A stretch of 64,000 bases of DNA from Balanoglossus misakiensis (taxonomy: Eukaryota > Animalia > Hemichordata). A model generated the notes under the pieces. That model was given only the letters and a program-made list of their open reading frames with translations, was not told the origin of the DNA and did no database searches. Of the stretch, positions 24,463-56,040 are shown in pieces. A program made the translations under genes and the position numbers. The stretch's first letter is position 1. Each line of letters begins with the position of its first letter. The DNA is taken from NCBI GenBank assembly GCA_040954595.2, contig CM082583.2:2861060-2925059 (forward strand), written 5' to 3'.

Positions 24463-27400
24463 TATAAATTTATGGTTGAGCACAAATCTGTTTTTTTCCA
24501 GTGTCAAACGTATGATGCCCTCATGATGTCCACAGAGAGTACAGTGGTAGTCAATGGTGTCCTTAGAGAAGTACCAGAGGGCAAATCTGTAAGTAGGACA
24601 GACTTCAAGGACAGTATGACCTTCAAGACAGTGCAACATAATGACAGCACCAGCTGCAGTGAAAGTTGGCAAACCCCACCCATCCCTCAAACAAAATGGG
24701 GGTTCATGGTGCAGTTGGAATTTTGTACTTATAATCGTCAAAATTGGCACTGCCACACTTTCTTTTCACTGTAGAATCCTGTAAAGAATACTAAATTGTC
24801 TTTCTATATTATAATAGCAAAGATTAACAGCAGAATTTATTCACTGCTTGTAGGCTCCTGGTGGACATGAGTTAATAGTGGATTACTGGGAACTAATATC
24901 TGCAGCACCAGCAGGTGGAATAGATAATGTTCTCAATGAGGTAAGATACATTGTAGCATATGATGTTGTGTTTTTGCTTTGTAATAGTAATGTTCATGAA
25001 TAGAATGAATGTTTGAAGAAAGTATCCACAATAGTTCGATTTTTTGCAAATGTTTCATATTTCACAACACTTCTGATCAATGGACATTTTGCTCATTCTC
25101 TGCCGCTTTGTTTTATAGGAGTCTCATGTTGATGTTCAGTTGGATCAAAGACACATGATGATCAGGGGAGAAAATGTAAGTTCCATTTTCTCGTCAAAAT
25201 CAACCGCATTACTACTGAATTTCATGTGAAATTGTCTGTAGACAAATTTCTGAATTATCTTTGCAATTGACAGAATTATCTTATCAGCAATTTTAACTGA
25301 ACCATGATGTTGACATTTTTTGTGTTTGGTACAATAATGCTGATAATTTATTTGCAATATGTATAAAAAAAACATTTGACACTCAATACTTTTTAATAAG
25401 TTTGTATTCATAATTTTAAGCTCAAAAATCACATATGATAAAGTTTTGTCTATTTTCAATATTCATTGACATGACCTTCAGGTTTTTTTCCTCTTTTTGT
25501 AGCTTTCCAAGATTATGAAAATAAGATCTGTAGTAACACAGTGGTAAGTATTTTGCATACATTTAAGTTTCCCAACCATGCAGCTTGATCATATTTAATA
25601 CTGATGGTTTATGTCATAAATATCTCATGATTGGCTGATCAGAATTGGATGTGGCATACAGGTTCTGTCTTGAAATGCCAATATTTTGGTGGGTGTGTCC
25701 TGCATATTAGTTAAGTAAGGGGTTTTCTGATAATGACTTGGAGTTGAATTAAATCAAACTTGCCATGTGACATCTGACATCAAAATTGGATCATATTGTG
25801 ACACCCATTGTATTAATACGTACAGAAGCCTTACATGATGTCATCTCACTGTAAAAAATGACAAAAAATAACAAAAATTTAATGTCTTCTATCTTTAAAA
25901 TTAATTGTCAGCTTCCGTGATCATTACTTCAGCCGGGGTTATTATGAGGTAAGTCTAGGCAATTAAGGGGAAGGTCAGTTAGACTGATTTTGACATGTGT
26001 GCTTGCTTTGGGTATGGTATATCACAAAGTTACAAGTCAGAGCTCTCACTGGACTCCATTGTAAAGCAATGAGGATAGCCATAGACATCACAATCTGATT
26101 AAAATCAGATATAGGGAACGGCGACGTGGTTTTTTTTATGCTGTCGCCTCACACTACATCTGACCAACTCCCACTGGAGCTCCCGTTGAAATCTACAGGA
26201 TTTACTGGGCCAGTAAACCAATCAGAAGGTGCCTTATAGCAAACGATAGGCATCCACCATTATCACAATCATGACCTGGCCCCTTGCGGCTGTTAGTGTT
26301 ACCATGGAGCTACTATCCCAGGCGCGAGAGTCGAATCAGCGTGGGGAATGGTTTCGAGCCAGCGTGACGACTGAACCTCTATATTCCACCGGCCAACGAA
26401 ATGTATAAGACGTGGCAACAAGTCGCAGTAAAATTGTTAGAGAATTGATTACATTTGTGTAAAGGCCCTCCCAGAACAGGGAAAGGATTTTGCTTCGATA
26501 AAATCGAATTTCGACCGAAAAAGCTGCGGTCCGGGTCCGGACCGCAGACGCACCAGTTTTGTCTATGGGGCCTTATGCAGGGGTGTGTGCGTCGGGAACA
26601 CACAGACCTGAACGCGGAGCTATGACTTGACATTCCTTAGCCGAAGTTAGCGTTATTTTTAAAATCCTGTCACATTAATGGTTGTGGGATACATGGCAGT
26701 GAAATTTGTTTTATTTTCTTATAAACTTTTACATGAAGTACGTCATTTTCCCGACTGGCAGCATGACTACGAGGGCGAACATGACTTGTTAGGAGAGTTT
26801 ATAAATGATCAACGACAGTTCATCATTTGTATATGGCTACAGCTCGACATTGCACTGCTCTGCGAAAACCACTCGCATACGATGACGCCAAACAAAGAAA
26901 CATATCATGGGATTACATGTAATTGTTCACAAGAGAAAGCCAATCAGTCATATTCTGTGCGATACTCGAAGTCAACAACAAAATTTCAAAAAATCTCCCA
27001 GTGCAATTATTTGGTCGGCGTAGCATGCAATCTAATTGGCCGGGTCGGAATGCCCGATTTCAACGGGAGCTCCAGTGAGAGTTGATCAGATGTAGTGTGA
27101 GGCGACAGCATAAAAAAAACCACGTCGCCGTTCCCTACATCTGATTTTAATCAGATTGTAGACATCAGTACTGTCCGTATATGGTAAAAAGGGCATGTCG
27201 AAGGCTTTGACTGATAATTGGGTAGCGCTTCTTTTCACATCCACTGTGTTTATTTGCAGACGTTTCCTCCAACCATGGTGCAGACTCAAGTAGAGGGAGG
27301 ATCAACATTATTTAAATTGAATTATTTTGGTGAAGAGGTGATGTGAACCATTTAATTTTTCTATAATTCATCTCCATTGCCTACACTGTGGAAATATGTC

Positions 27401-30400
27401 TTGTGTATTTTCTAACACACACTTTGAAAACATGATGTTGCTTGGATTGCCAAGAGTGTGGGATTTGAAATCTTACCAATATTTGAAATTCCAGGTAGGT
27501 TACCAATTATCCACTTGTTGAGTTTTGTTTTCTTTCTTTCTCTCAGTTGGTAGAGCATTCTCATCTGAAGTTGGTGTGGGCTTACATGTATGTCTTACTT
27601 TTAGGACACTCCCCCCCCCCTCCACACATACACACATTGAAAGTGTATGACAAGCAGAAATCAGTCGACTTTACTTTCTTCAGTTGTTGTTACACGATTG
27701 ATCATTGGCTGTTGCTTTGTTACATTTTCTTGTAGGCTTACTTGACACAGTCCTCACAGCTGTATCTGGAAACTGCACTTCCATCTTTAGGAGATGTTTA
27801 CTGCATTGCACAGAGTTACAGAGCTGAACATTCTCGTACTCGTAGGCATCTCTCAGAGTAAGTTATTGATTGATGTTTAAATGGACAAAGTCTCTCTCTC
27901 TTGCTGCCCTTTGTCCATTAATTATGTTTGATACAAGACACCGTTTATGTTAATGTACATGTGTATATGTAGTGAATGAACGTTCAACCACACACAACTT
28001 CCATCCCATTTGTAGGATATGAGAGTAAAAATCTCGCCAAAATGAATAAACGGTAGAGACCGATTATTCATTTTGGCAAGTTTTCCGCTCTTGTCTACAA
28101 GTGGGATGGAAGTTGTGTGTGGTTGAACGTTGATACACTATATATCCACATGTAGAATAAAATAAATGGTGTCTTTACATGGTCTCCCAAAGACTTTAAA
28201 GCTCCATTAGCTATAATCTTTTTGCTATGTTTTCAGTATTTTTGTTTTGTGTATCCAATGCCATTTCTTGTTCAAATTCCTGAAGCATGATGAAATGCCC
28301 AGCATTTAGCTTATCAACACAACATATATGTTTATAGTAAGCATTGTTATTGTGCAAAGTTGGATTCAAGTCCGGACTAGAATTCATTTGTCAACAATAA
28401 CAATGGCCACTACACTCATATGGCTATGTTGACAAGTGGAGTAGTCGGTGGGTATCATTAACACGCTGTTTGGTGTGGAACAAAAAATTGCATTTTGATA
28501 CACAGTCACAGCTAATGTCCTTTGAATGACCCATATTGAACATGTGATGAGAACATGGCTAGGTTGCAAGAACTGTTGGGGAAATGTCCATGAATCTTAG
28601 TCTCTTACTGGTTCTCTTCCTTCTGACTTTCTTCCCCTAGATACACCCATGTTGAGGCTGAGTGTCCATTCATATCATTCAATGACTTACTGGACAGAAT
28701 AGAAGATCTGGTATGCGATGTTGTTGACAGAGTTATGAAATCGGATGTAGCACCCCTTGTCAAAGAACTGCATCCAGTAAGAACAGCTACATGTATACTG
28801 ATTATTTCTATCTAACTGATTTTACAAGCATATAATATATCGCCTAAAAGGTAGCCCATATTTCTGTTGTTGTCAAGGTTGAGACAAGTCCAAAGTATCT
28901 CTTCTGTAACGTCAATCTCACCCAGAAAACAACCAACCACACAAAACTGACAGACTGATATTATAAGACTTATTCCAAAAGTGGGAAAAGCCTGGTGAAA
29001 GGATCTACAGGTTGATCTCATGGAGATTTTGTCTAAACTCAGCATGACATCTTATGGTTTAATTGGAATTTAGTCATAGACACTCGTCTTTTCAAGAGTC
29101 TCTGTTTTATCGCAACCACAAAGAGATTTATTTGAAACTCAAAATTAGCGGATCTATGTATGTGATAAACATATAATTCCCCCGTATTCCTCACTCGTGT
29201 ACCTGCGTCGCGAACTCGTGATTCCCCGTATAGCTGTATCCCTCCTCGCCTGCGGCTCGTAGGGATACGGCCGCTATACGGGGAATCACTCGTCCGCGAC
29301 GCAGGCACACTCGTTCGAAATACGGGGGAATTATATATAATAATTCCATAAGCCTCTGAGCTTTAAAAAGTCAGGAAAAAACCCTAATAGTTTTGTTTTG
29401 TGACAGCATTATGTAATTTGGTCTGACTCTATTTTATTGTGTTCAGATGATGATGACAAAATGGTGCATTATTATGACCTATGTGATGTTTATTCTTGTG
29501 AAGAGCAGGTAGACATTACTCTGTCAGATTGTCTCACTATAATTCATGTGTCAACCACCTGATACAGATTGAACTGTTGGTAATTTTTAATGAACTGTAC
29601 AACTTTGCAACCGTTGTTGTTTGGCAGGATTTTGTTCCACCCAAAAGGCCGTTTAAGCGTCTGGAATACAAGGATGGTATCAAATATTTACGTGAACATG
29701 ATATCAAAAAGGAAGATGATACATACTATGAATTTGGTGAGGTAAGTTTTAGGATCAGCTTAAATACGTGTCAATGAATATTGTAGATTTATTCACCAAT
29801 GTTTGAATAGAGAAAATCATATTATAACCGAGGGAGACTTGTTTGGAGGCAGGTTGGGTTAGCAAGAATGGAGACAGAGCAACAAGTATACCTAATATAG
29901 TGGACATGAAACAAATCGGATGTCTTATTACTGCCACCTTCTGCAGCCAACAGTCAATGAGAATGAACGTGTTCTTTAAAAATCTACACGTAGTCCTCTT
30001 TTAGTCAACAATTGAACATACATTGGTGCATTGACATAATCATTTTGTCAGTTTCTAAGCACAGTCATGGTCAATCTTACAGTTATATAGTACCCAGAAT
30101 TTTGGTGACTTCCTTGTTACTTTCATTGTTTATTTTTGTCGATTTTTTTTAATTGTAGGATATTCCTGAAATGCCAGAGAGGAAGATGACTGATCAAATA
30201 AATGAGGTTTGTGTAACTCTGTAATTGTATTCTGGTGTCATGAAAAGTGAAATGGGGCTAGATCTTTTAATATCATTCCTCTCCTCAATTTTAGTTGGGT
30301 ATACAGTGGGACTCTCTTGTTCAAGTATTTTGAACTCACTGTGTTGTTTCCTGTGGTCAGCACAATTTACTTTATGGATTATGTGAAACAAATGACTGAT

Positions 30401-31862
30401 GGCATTTTTGAATAATGTGGTTGGAAGTCTCCTTGTTTAAATAAATGTTCATTTATTCTGTAGTTGATTCAAATAGTAGAGTGTATATTTGTAATGTCTT
30501 TTCTGAATGCATAGTAATCCCTACTTGTTTGTTTCTTTGTAGCCAATTCTCTTCTGCCGTTTTCCAGTTGAAATTAAATCATTTTACATGTATAAATGTC
30601 CAGAAGATAGACGACTAACTGAATCTGTAAGTAGTCATGTGAAGCAAAATGTTCTAAATGTTCAAAATGTGCATTTTGTAGGAATGTACTTGTACTAGAA
30701 ATTAGGGAGATCTGGCCACTAAAGTCCATTATTAACAATTTTCTCCTACAATTTTGCCTTGAACGCTAATAGGCACATATTTTTAGCACAGGTTATTGTA
30801 ATATCATTGTTGCAGATTGTTAACTTTCAGACTCGAAAGAAGCTATTTTGCAATGGACATTAGCGCAGCGCATCGCGATATGCGGCACTAATGTCGTTGT
30901 GCATACTTTGCGTTAATTTCGTAATAACCTCATAATATCGTCTATGACAGTTTATTAGTATTAATTTCCTTTTAGGTTGACCTGTTGATGCCGAATGTTG
31001 GTGAGATTGTTGGAGGATCCATGAGGATGTGGGATTATGATGAACTTATAGAAGCTTACAAACGTGAAGGTTTAGACCCAGAGCCATACTATTGGTATAC
31101 GGATCAGGTATGTTGTTGTCAAACATGGTGTATGCAGGTGAACTAGCACTAATATAGCAATATCAACAAGCATGATAACTGCAGCTTGCTTCAAGACTTC
31201 ACAGGTGAACTAGATGTGATGACTTTCTTGGACGTTGTGTTGACATGTACCCAGCACAAGACGATGATTGACAGGCAAAATGTATCAAAAGCCTGGTCCA
31301 TGTGACTGACCCATTGGTAGACAAGACGCAAAGAGTATAAAACTTGAAAGTCGACCTCACTTTACGAATGAAAAGTGATTCCATCATTTGCATATTTCTA
31401 GGCAACACAGATCCTTTCACAGGGGAAAGTAATCCCGCGAAATAAAATGCTAGACCGCTCAAACATTTTAGCAAATTATTGGAATATTTTTATCCTACTT
31501 CTAACGAAAAATAAGAAGACTGTTTATGTGATATATATATACTAATCCCATAAAATTTTTCTTTGCTTAACATCATGGTATACTCATGGTTTTCGCGGAG
31601 TCGTACAACTTCTCGCCTACAGCTCGAAGTTGCCCGACTGCTCGAAAACCACTCATATACAATGACATCATACAAAGAAAAATATCATGGGATTATATTT
31701 CAAAAATATATTGTATGTCTTTATTTTCAGCGTAAATATGGATCATGTCCTCATGGTGGCTATGGTTTAGGATTGGAACGTTTTCTGACGTGGCTACTGA
31801 ATAGACAGCATATAAGAGATGTCTGCTTATACCCACGCTTCACAGAAAGATGCAAGCCCTAA
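19028..31862 (+). CDS. NARS1: Asparagine--tRNA ligase, cytoplasmic (~559 aa, 20 coding exons)
   Basis: Exons: 19028-19058, 21330-21421, 21630-21695, 22263-22355, 22750-22839, 23092-23173, 24032-24102, 24502-24588, 24854-24940, 25119-25175, 25503-25543, 25912-25948, 27260-27337, 27736-27857, 28641-28776, 29628-29741, 30159-30206, 30543-30626, 30976-31107, 31731-31862. Total 1680 nt, open and phase-consistent. Motifs [62 protein letters not shown]. Exon 1 is the least certain. AATAAA at ~32370 and 32747. Confidence 0.97.
19963..20572. mobile_element. Long-TIR MITE with TTAA TSD (Kolobok-like)
   Basis: ttaa-AGGGGAAATCCGCTGTAGC...GCTACAGCGGATTTCCCCT-ttaa with TIRs of about 230 bp. Second copy at 41490-41981. 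Confidence 0.88.
21874..22173. mobile_element. piggyBac-like MITE (CCCTAA...TTAGGG, TTAA TSD)
   Basis: Reverse-orientation copy of 42577-42891 and 45055-45672. Confidence 0.8.
23418..24005 (+). mobile_element. DINE-1/HINE-like (Helentron-associated) non-autonomous element
   Basis: T-run, then a sub-terminal inverted repeat GGTCCCAT...ATGGGACC, then a GTAT/GTCT/GTCC microsatellite. Related copy at ~33040-33330. The class assignment is inferred. Confidence 0.55.
24388..24460 (+). repeat. (AACC)n/(AATC)n microsatellite
   Basis: Direct tandem tetranucleotide repeats. Confidence 0.9.
26091..27158. mobile_element. Mutator/MULE-like non-autonomous element
   Basis: TIRs of about 105 bp starting CAATCTGATTAAAATCAGAT, with an exact 9-bp TSD TAGACATCA (26082-26090 and 27159-27167). 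Confidence 0.9.
29171..29338. mobile_element. Short hairpin element (GA-mismatch class)
   Basis: Palindrome with four TC/TC mismatches on plus (GA/GA on minus) and a GCA loop on minus. Confidence 0.8.
31543..31696. mobile_element. Short hairpin element (GA-mismatch class), decayed
   Basis: TAATCCCAT...ATGGGATTA arms with TC/TC mismatches; the centre reads CTCGCCTACAGCTCG. Confidence 0.7.
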
Positions 31863-34095
31863 ACAAGTCAATTCACTGAGAACTCAAAGAAATAACCTAA
31901 TGTAGAATTTAACATAAATGACACACAGTTCAGGAATTTTACACAATAGAAAAACTTAAAGTTTGTCAGGTGCTGGCAATTGTTGTCATAGCTACCACTT
32001 CTGGGGCCAGTCAGATACAAGGTACGACCTACTCTAAAATCATAAATCGTGATAATGAGATGAGGGATTATCAACTCTTTTTGAGATGAATTTTTTTTAC
32101 TCATTTTAGAACACAATTGCTATAGCTAATAAGCTCAAGTAGTAACTATCAGTTTTAAAATAATAGTCTGTCCTTTTTATCATCTGTGATAGGTTAGTAA
32201 AGAAACAATTCGCAACCAACAATTGTATCAAAAGTTGAGTTTCAGTAACTACTTACTGCCAAATAATTTGCCTTGTTTATGTCAGTTGAAGGATCTGCCT
32301 GTGCAACTACAAAATACCACAAATTTTCTAATCACAACCAAATTGGTTGTGAGTTCTTTACACAAGTGTAATAAAAGAGTGAAAGTTGTAGTCACAATCA
32401 CCAAATATTTGTCACGATGCAAATATCATGTTCCACTTATTGGTAACTTTCAGTGCAACAAACTTATTTCAATGAAATTTGTCATAATTGTACAGACATG
32501 CATTTTTCACTGTTTGAAGTTGAGTATTCTAAAAAAAAATATGAAATTCCTGAAATGTATGGTTGGATGATGAAGAATTTTTTGCAGAAAAGGAAAACAA
32601 TGTATATGCCCTTCAGAGCCATGATTATGTATGAGTATTTTTTTCAGAATATTTCACCTGTACTGCTAGAGGACAGTCTTATAGTTGCCAGCAAACGCAC
32701 ACTTGTGAACTGTCTGTGAAGTGTTATTGCTTGAGTGATCTAGTTGAATAAACATCTCTGTCCTGAACCAGTCCATAATAATGTCATGTTTGCTTGTATA
32801 TGTTGTATCAGTCGGTAAAAATTCTTCACAATATTGATTCTACTCAGTAAGAATTATTATTGGGATGTATGATCGTCAAAATTAGTTCAGAGAATTAAGT
32901 TTTCTTTAGTTCTGAATGGCAATAATTAATCAACTTATGCGATAAACTCCTTGTCCTTGGAGAAAGTAGAAACGGAATACTAATTTAATTCAATGGTGTA
33001 CGACATAAGTAGAAATCCAGCACATCACAATATTTCATTTTTGGGTCCCATTGGTATGTACCATGGGACCTTATGGGATAGGTTGCGTCTGTATGGATGG
33101 ATGGATGGATGTATGTCTGTATGTCCGTCCACATCAAAAACTTGAAAACTGCTGTGTATATCACCTTGAAATTTGGTGTGCAGATGCAGGCTGGGCTGTA
33201 GATGGGAGTTTGTTCAAATGAAGTTGTGATTGCCAAAAATATGTAAATTAGCTGGGAAAATGTGAATTTGGTCAAAACTCGGTAACCCAAGAACTACTGG
33301 TCAGATTGCTTTGCAAAGTGGTGTGTATTTACTTTATTGAGTTCTTTGTAATTAGGTCCAGGAACCCCCTCCTGTGATGTATATACACAGCAAATTCCTG
33401 CATGATTACATAACTGGCTAAGTTTTAAAGAGGCCAGCTGTTCTATTTAGTGTATGTACAGTACATATGCCATTGGCAGCTTATGGGTCAGTCAGTGTTT
33501 GCCCATTGATCTCTCGCTATATGTGTGTGTGTGTCTGTCTGTCTGTATATGGCCATTTACTCCGGTGTATAGACTTTTTCTTGTGTAATCCCTCAATGGG
33601 ACCACCGTGTCCTTGACGCGATTTTTAGTAGTTGTTCCTGTCTTATGCACCGATCAACAATCAAACGGAGAGTATTTTGGTGATCGGTCACTCTTCACAC
33701 AATTGTTCCCAAAAATGTTTGTAAAAACTTAAAGCTTGTCATTGACTTTCAAAATCACTTCTCCTTTACATTTAATAAATATAGTGAGAAAAATAACATT
33801 GGTAACTTGCTTTAAGGTGGAAAAATTGGTAATGGTGCCAATAAATGTACCAGAATGCAATGCTTATGCAGTAAAGGAGTTATTCTAAATTATATTAAAT
33901 GCCACAAATGCAGTGTCGTGATTGGCTGAGACTCTTTTAATTTATGCAAGCCATGATTAAATAGAAGCTGACACGATAAATCTGTCCCTAATAGAGGTGT
34001 CCTTTATAGACAGGTACACCTTTGTAAAATTCTATTCAAACTCTTATTTTTTTATTGAAAAACCTGAGAGTTGTCCTGATCATAGGTGTCACTAA

Positions 34096-34862
34096 GGCTG
34101 CATTCACAAACACCTCTGGAGGGGGGACGGGAGAATTCAATTTTTTTTACCGTTAATTTTCACATGCCCCCCTCAACAACCTGAAATATTTTCAAATCCC
34201 CCCCTTCCGAACTGCTAAAATTTTCAAATCCCCCCCCCCCCACCCATTTTCTTTCACAGAGCAAAACACATCACCTATCTATCTTGTAAAAAAGAAAAAC
34301 AGCGCTCCCATGAAAAGAATTTGAAACTGATGTACCCCCTCACTGAACATTGTTTTTTTTTAAGTATTTGTATTCTGTGTTGGGAGACATTGTAAACCGA
34401 GAATTGAAGGGGGTGGGAGGGGGTGTCCCCCTCCTACGTAAGAAAATTTTATAAAATACAGAGCTCAAAGCTGCATTTTAATGAACCCGGCAAAAGCAAA
34501 TTAACTCAACTACCGGTATGTTGGGGAGGACAAATTTGACCGTCGCCGCTCAAAGTTATCATGGGGTGGGGGCAAATCCCCTGACCTGGAACACTAGACA
34601 AACCAGTCAATGATTGAAAGGTGCTGATGAATGGAGGGGGTGGGTGTCCCCCTCCCACATTAGAAAATTTTGTAAAATAAAGGGCGCGAAACTGCATTTT
34701 TGTGGACTCAAAATAAATATTTAGTCGTCAAAGTTTTCAAGTCCCCCCCTTTCAGTCCCTAAATTATTTCAAATCCCCCCCTTACATACCCTCAATTTTG
34801 TCAAATCCCCCCCTCAATTCTCCTGCCCCCCCCCCCCTCCAGAGGTGTTTGTGAATGCAGCC
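34096..34862. mobile_element. PIF/Harbinger-type MITE between the NARS1 and BLM 3' ends
   Basis: Same TIR as 16295-17062, with TAA TSD. Confidence 0.88.
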
Positions 34863-35696
34863 TAATGACAAGTTTTAATGTATAATACAAGTTGAATATG
34901 TAAACAAACAAACAACAGGCAGTGCAAGATTTAGATACATATACCAAATAGGACCTAAAAATCTAAGGATAAGGTATTTATCACAAACGCAAGAAAGGCA
35001 GTGTTGTTTAAATTCTGGAGTCTTTATTAAATTCACTAAATATTTTACATATAATTATATAATCTATTATAAAACTAAAATCTAAAGTTGGAATCACCCA
35101 AACTTAAAAGGAAACATTTCTTTCTACAATCACAGAATCAATCAATCATCAATCAATCATTCAAGAATTTCCAAGATTAACAACAATAACAATGCAACAC
35201 AACAAGGTTTGGCAATAAGAGACATGATGCAGACCCAGTCCTCGTTGGGTACGTAGACAGAAGAGGGTTTACAGCTGGCGGTCAATGAACGTCACTGAAT
35301 CCTCTTTCTCAACAAATATAAGCCTTTATGACTGTAGGTTGGTCACACATTTTCACTTCTTATGTATTCTGTTACGATGGGCAGCCGTGAAGAACTGGAT
35401 TCAAGAGACATTCAAACTGCATATACAGATGTAACCACCACAACCACCAGCAGTCATGCAGAAATAATTAATAGCTGTAGACTGCAAACTACAGTCACAC
35501 TCATTCCCATCAGTTGGACATGTCCTCTTTGACGCTTTCAGGTGAAAACATCCACAGTACAATTCCACCAATGACAGTTTTGCAAGTCTTTGTGTACTTG
35601 AGGCACAGACCACATCATTCCAACAGAACATCGTTGCTTTTACTGTGACAACTGTGTGGTCAGACAGGATTTCTCCAAATGTACATTGTTTTCTCT

Positions 35697-54127
<18,431 letters not shown>

Positions 54128-54266
54128 CTGCAACAGAAAAAAGAGGAATTTGTTTAACTGTCATCAATATCATGAAATGAATGAATGAATGAATAAATTT
54201 CCATAACCTCCTATGACGCAGAGTATTGGACAATGTCTTTACTCCAGTGAGTCTGTTTAAATTAAA

Positions 54267-55079
54267 AGGCACATAAGCTGCAACTTTTGGGATAATTATC
54301 ATACTTTTTTTCAAACTAGACTACCTTTAGCCCATAAGGATTTATGCACTGAAGTATATGCAAGTATTATAAACCCTACATATCAGTGGATTAACCAGAT
54401 AAATAATAAAGCTTTGTCGCAAAAGAATATGGCCAGCACCGTGGGAAAATGCAAGAAACTATGAAAATGTTGCATTTCCCACTATCAAACTTCATAAACA
54501 AAGCATACTCTCATCCATTAGAACCATTGAGAGTCTATGTTAGAACTCATGGAAGTAGATGTACTCCACTGAGACATTGCATTTTCATTTTTCATTGTAA
54601 TATTTATATTTTTAAATTGCAGGAATTTTTTATTGTACCCATATTTCTGTAATTTTTGGGGCCATATTGTCATGAATAGGTGTTATTGATATATCATCAA
54701 GCAATTAAGAAATGAAACACCCCCAGCCATGGTATACCACGAGATTTTGACCAGTTCACGACATATACGCACGAGCGATAGCGAGTGCATATATGGAGTT
54801 GAATTGGTCAAAATCGAGTGGTATACCATGGCTGGGGGTGTTTTATTGCTATTATATTATGCCAGTATATTGAAACTTTGCATAAAACATTTTAAAAAGG
54901 CATTTTCTTTGACTATGATATATGACTGTGGTATATGGCTAATATATCACGGTCAATAGCGTGATTTACACCATCAATATACTGGTATAATATAATATCA
55001 TATAATAGCCAAAATTAAAAGCATGTCCAAGATTATTTAAAGCTTAATTTTTTTTTATCCAGTTGCAGCTTATGTGCCT
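54267..55079. mobile_element. TTAA-type MITE hosting a hairpin element
   Basis: TIR AGGCACATAAGCTGCAACT / AGTTGCAGCTTATGTGCCT with TTAA flanks. Confidence 0.85.
54703..54997. mobile_element. Bipartite hairpin element (GA-mismatch class), nested
   Basis: Hairpin at 54705-54855 with three GA/GA mismatches and a GATA loop on plus, then a second inverted repeat ATTATATTATGCCAGTATATTG...CAATATACTGGTATAATATAAT. Confidence 0.82.
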
Positions 55080-55399
55080 TTAAATGGTGGTGATGGCAGT
55101 CTTTTTGTTCATCTTGTGGTCACCATTAAGATACCAAGCAATCACTATTTTGAGCTGGTTACAGTACTGCAACTTGTACTATGACTATGACTCTCAAAAT
55201 AATCAAATGTGAGAATTTGATCATTGAACTAGCTACAGATTAAGCGTCGCTACATCATGAAAACGTTTGAGCAGAAATTGGATATTAAACATCAGTTGAC
55301 TGAACAGTTGACAGTTTTTGTTTATCGAGATGATATATAATCCATAAAATAGACAAAAAAAAATTGTGAAACATGTAATTTATAACGTTGTTCACATCA

Positions 55400-55560
55400 A
55401 CAAACCGGGATTCTCACACTACTGGACCTGGGATCATATTTCTCACAAGAGTTGGGGATTTTTTGTCCCACACATGAGCCGCAGGCGAGTGTGGGACAAA
55501 ATATCCCCGACGAGTGTCCGAGATCAGACTGTGGTAGCTCCATGTGTATCGCAAGGCCCG
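55400..55560. mobile_element. Hairpin element remnant (GA-mismatch class)
   Basis: Centre CACACATGAGCC-GCA-GGCGAGTGTG, with an outer GA/GA mismatch. Confidence 0.65.
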
Positions 55561-55876
55561 AACATTGCTTAGTGTGTAGTAGCTGCAGTTCAGTAGCTCG
55601 AGGTTTTGCCTTGGTTTGTTTCACTGTGTAAGACGGTTTTGCCGTCTAACATACATTAAACTACATACCAAGGCAAAACCTCGAGCTACTGACAAACTGT
55701 AGCTGAGTCAGTGAGTGTCGTGCCGTTGCTCGAGGTTTTGTCTCGGGCATTGGAATTGGTATGGCAATATAACATTACAGGAAAAATATATGTCGCGATT
55801 AACTACAGCTGCTATTACTGTAGTCGTTAGGAACAATCGTCAACGATAGAATATAGTAGTCCGCAGTTCAACTTAC

Positions 55877-55925
55877 GGTGCAGAAGAAAGGTACGACAAA
55901 ATCTTCAGACGAAAATGGCGCCTGT
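55877..55925 (-). other. BLM: Probable non-coding first exon of BLM
   Basis: GTAAGT donor at 55876-55871 with a YY1-like AAAATGGCG at ~55912. The BLM ATG at 54127 directly follows an acceptor AG, so an upstream UTR exon is required. Confidence 0.6.
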
Positions 55926-56040
55926 TGGAAAGCGTCCTGTGATTGGTCCTTTAATAGATTAACCTTTGACCTCATACTAACCTTTTGTGTCATCCCATAA
56001 TACATTTCAGCTTCCTTTTCGCCGCCATTCTCAACAGAGT
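55900..56040. promoter_or_regulatory. Compact bidirectional promoter BLM/RPL36 with TCT/5'TOP start
   Basis: The pyrimidine tract CTTCCTTTTC (56011-56020) is followed by GCCGCCATT and a GTGAGT donor at 56039, defining RPL36 non-coding exon 1. Reverse CCAAT at 55942-55946. YY1-like motifs occur on both sides. Confidence 0.7.

Noticed and set aside
26379-27085. ORFs inside the MULE-like element as captured gene fragments
   Set aside because: No protein similarity was recognisable by eye; a BLASTX search would be needed.
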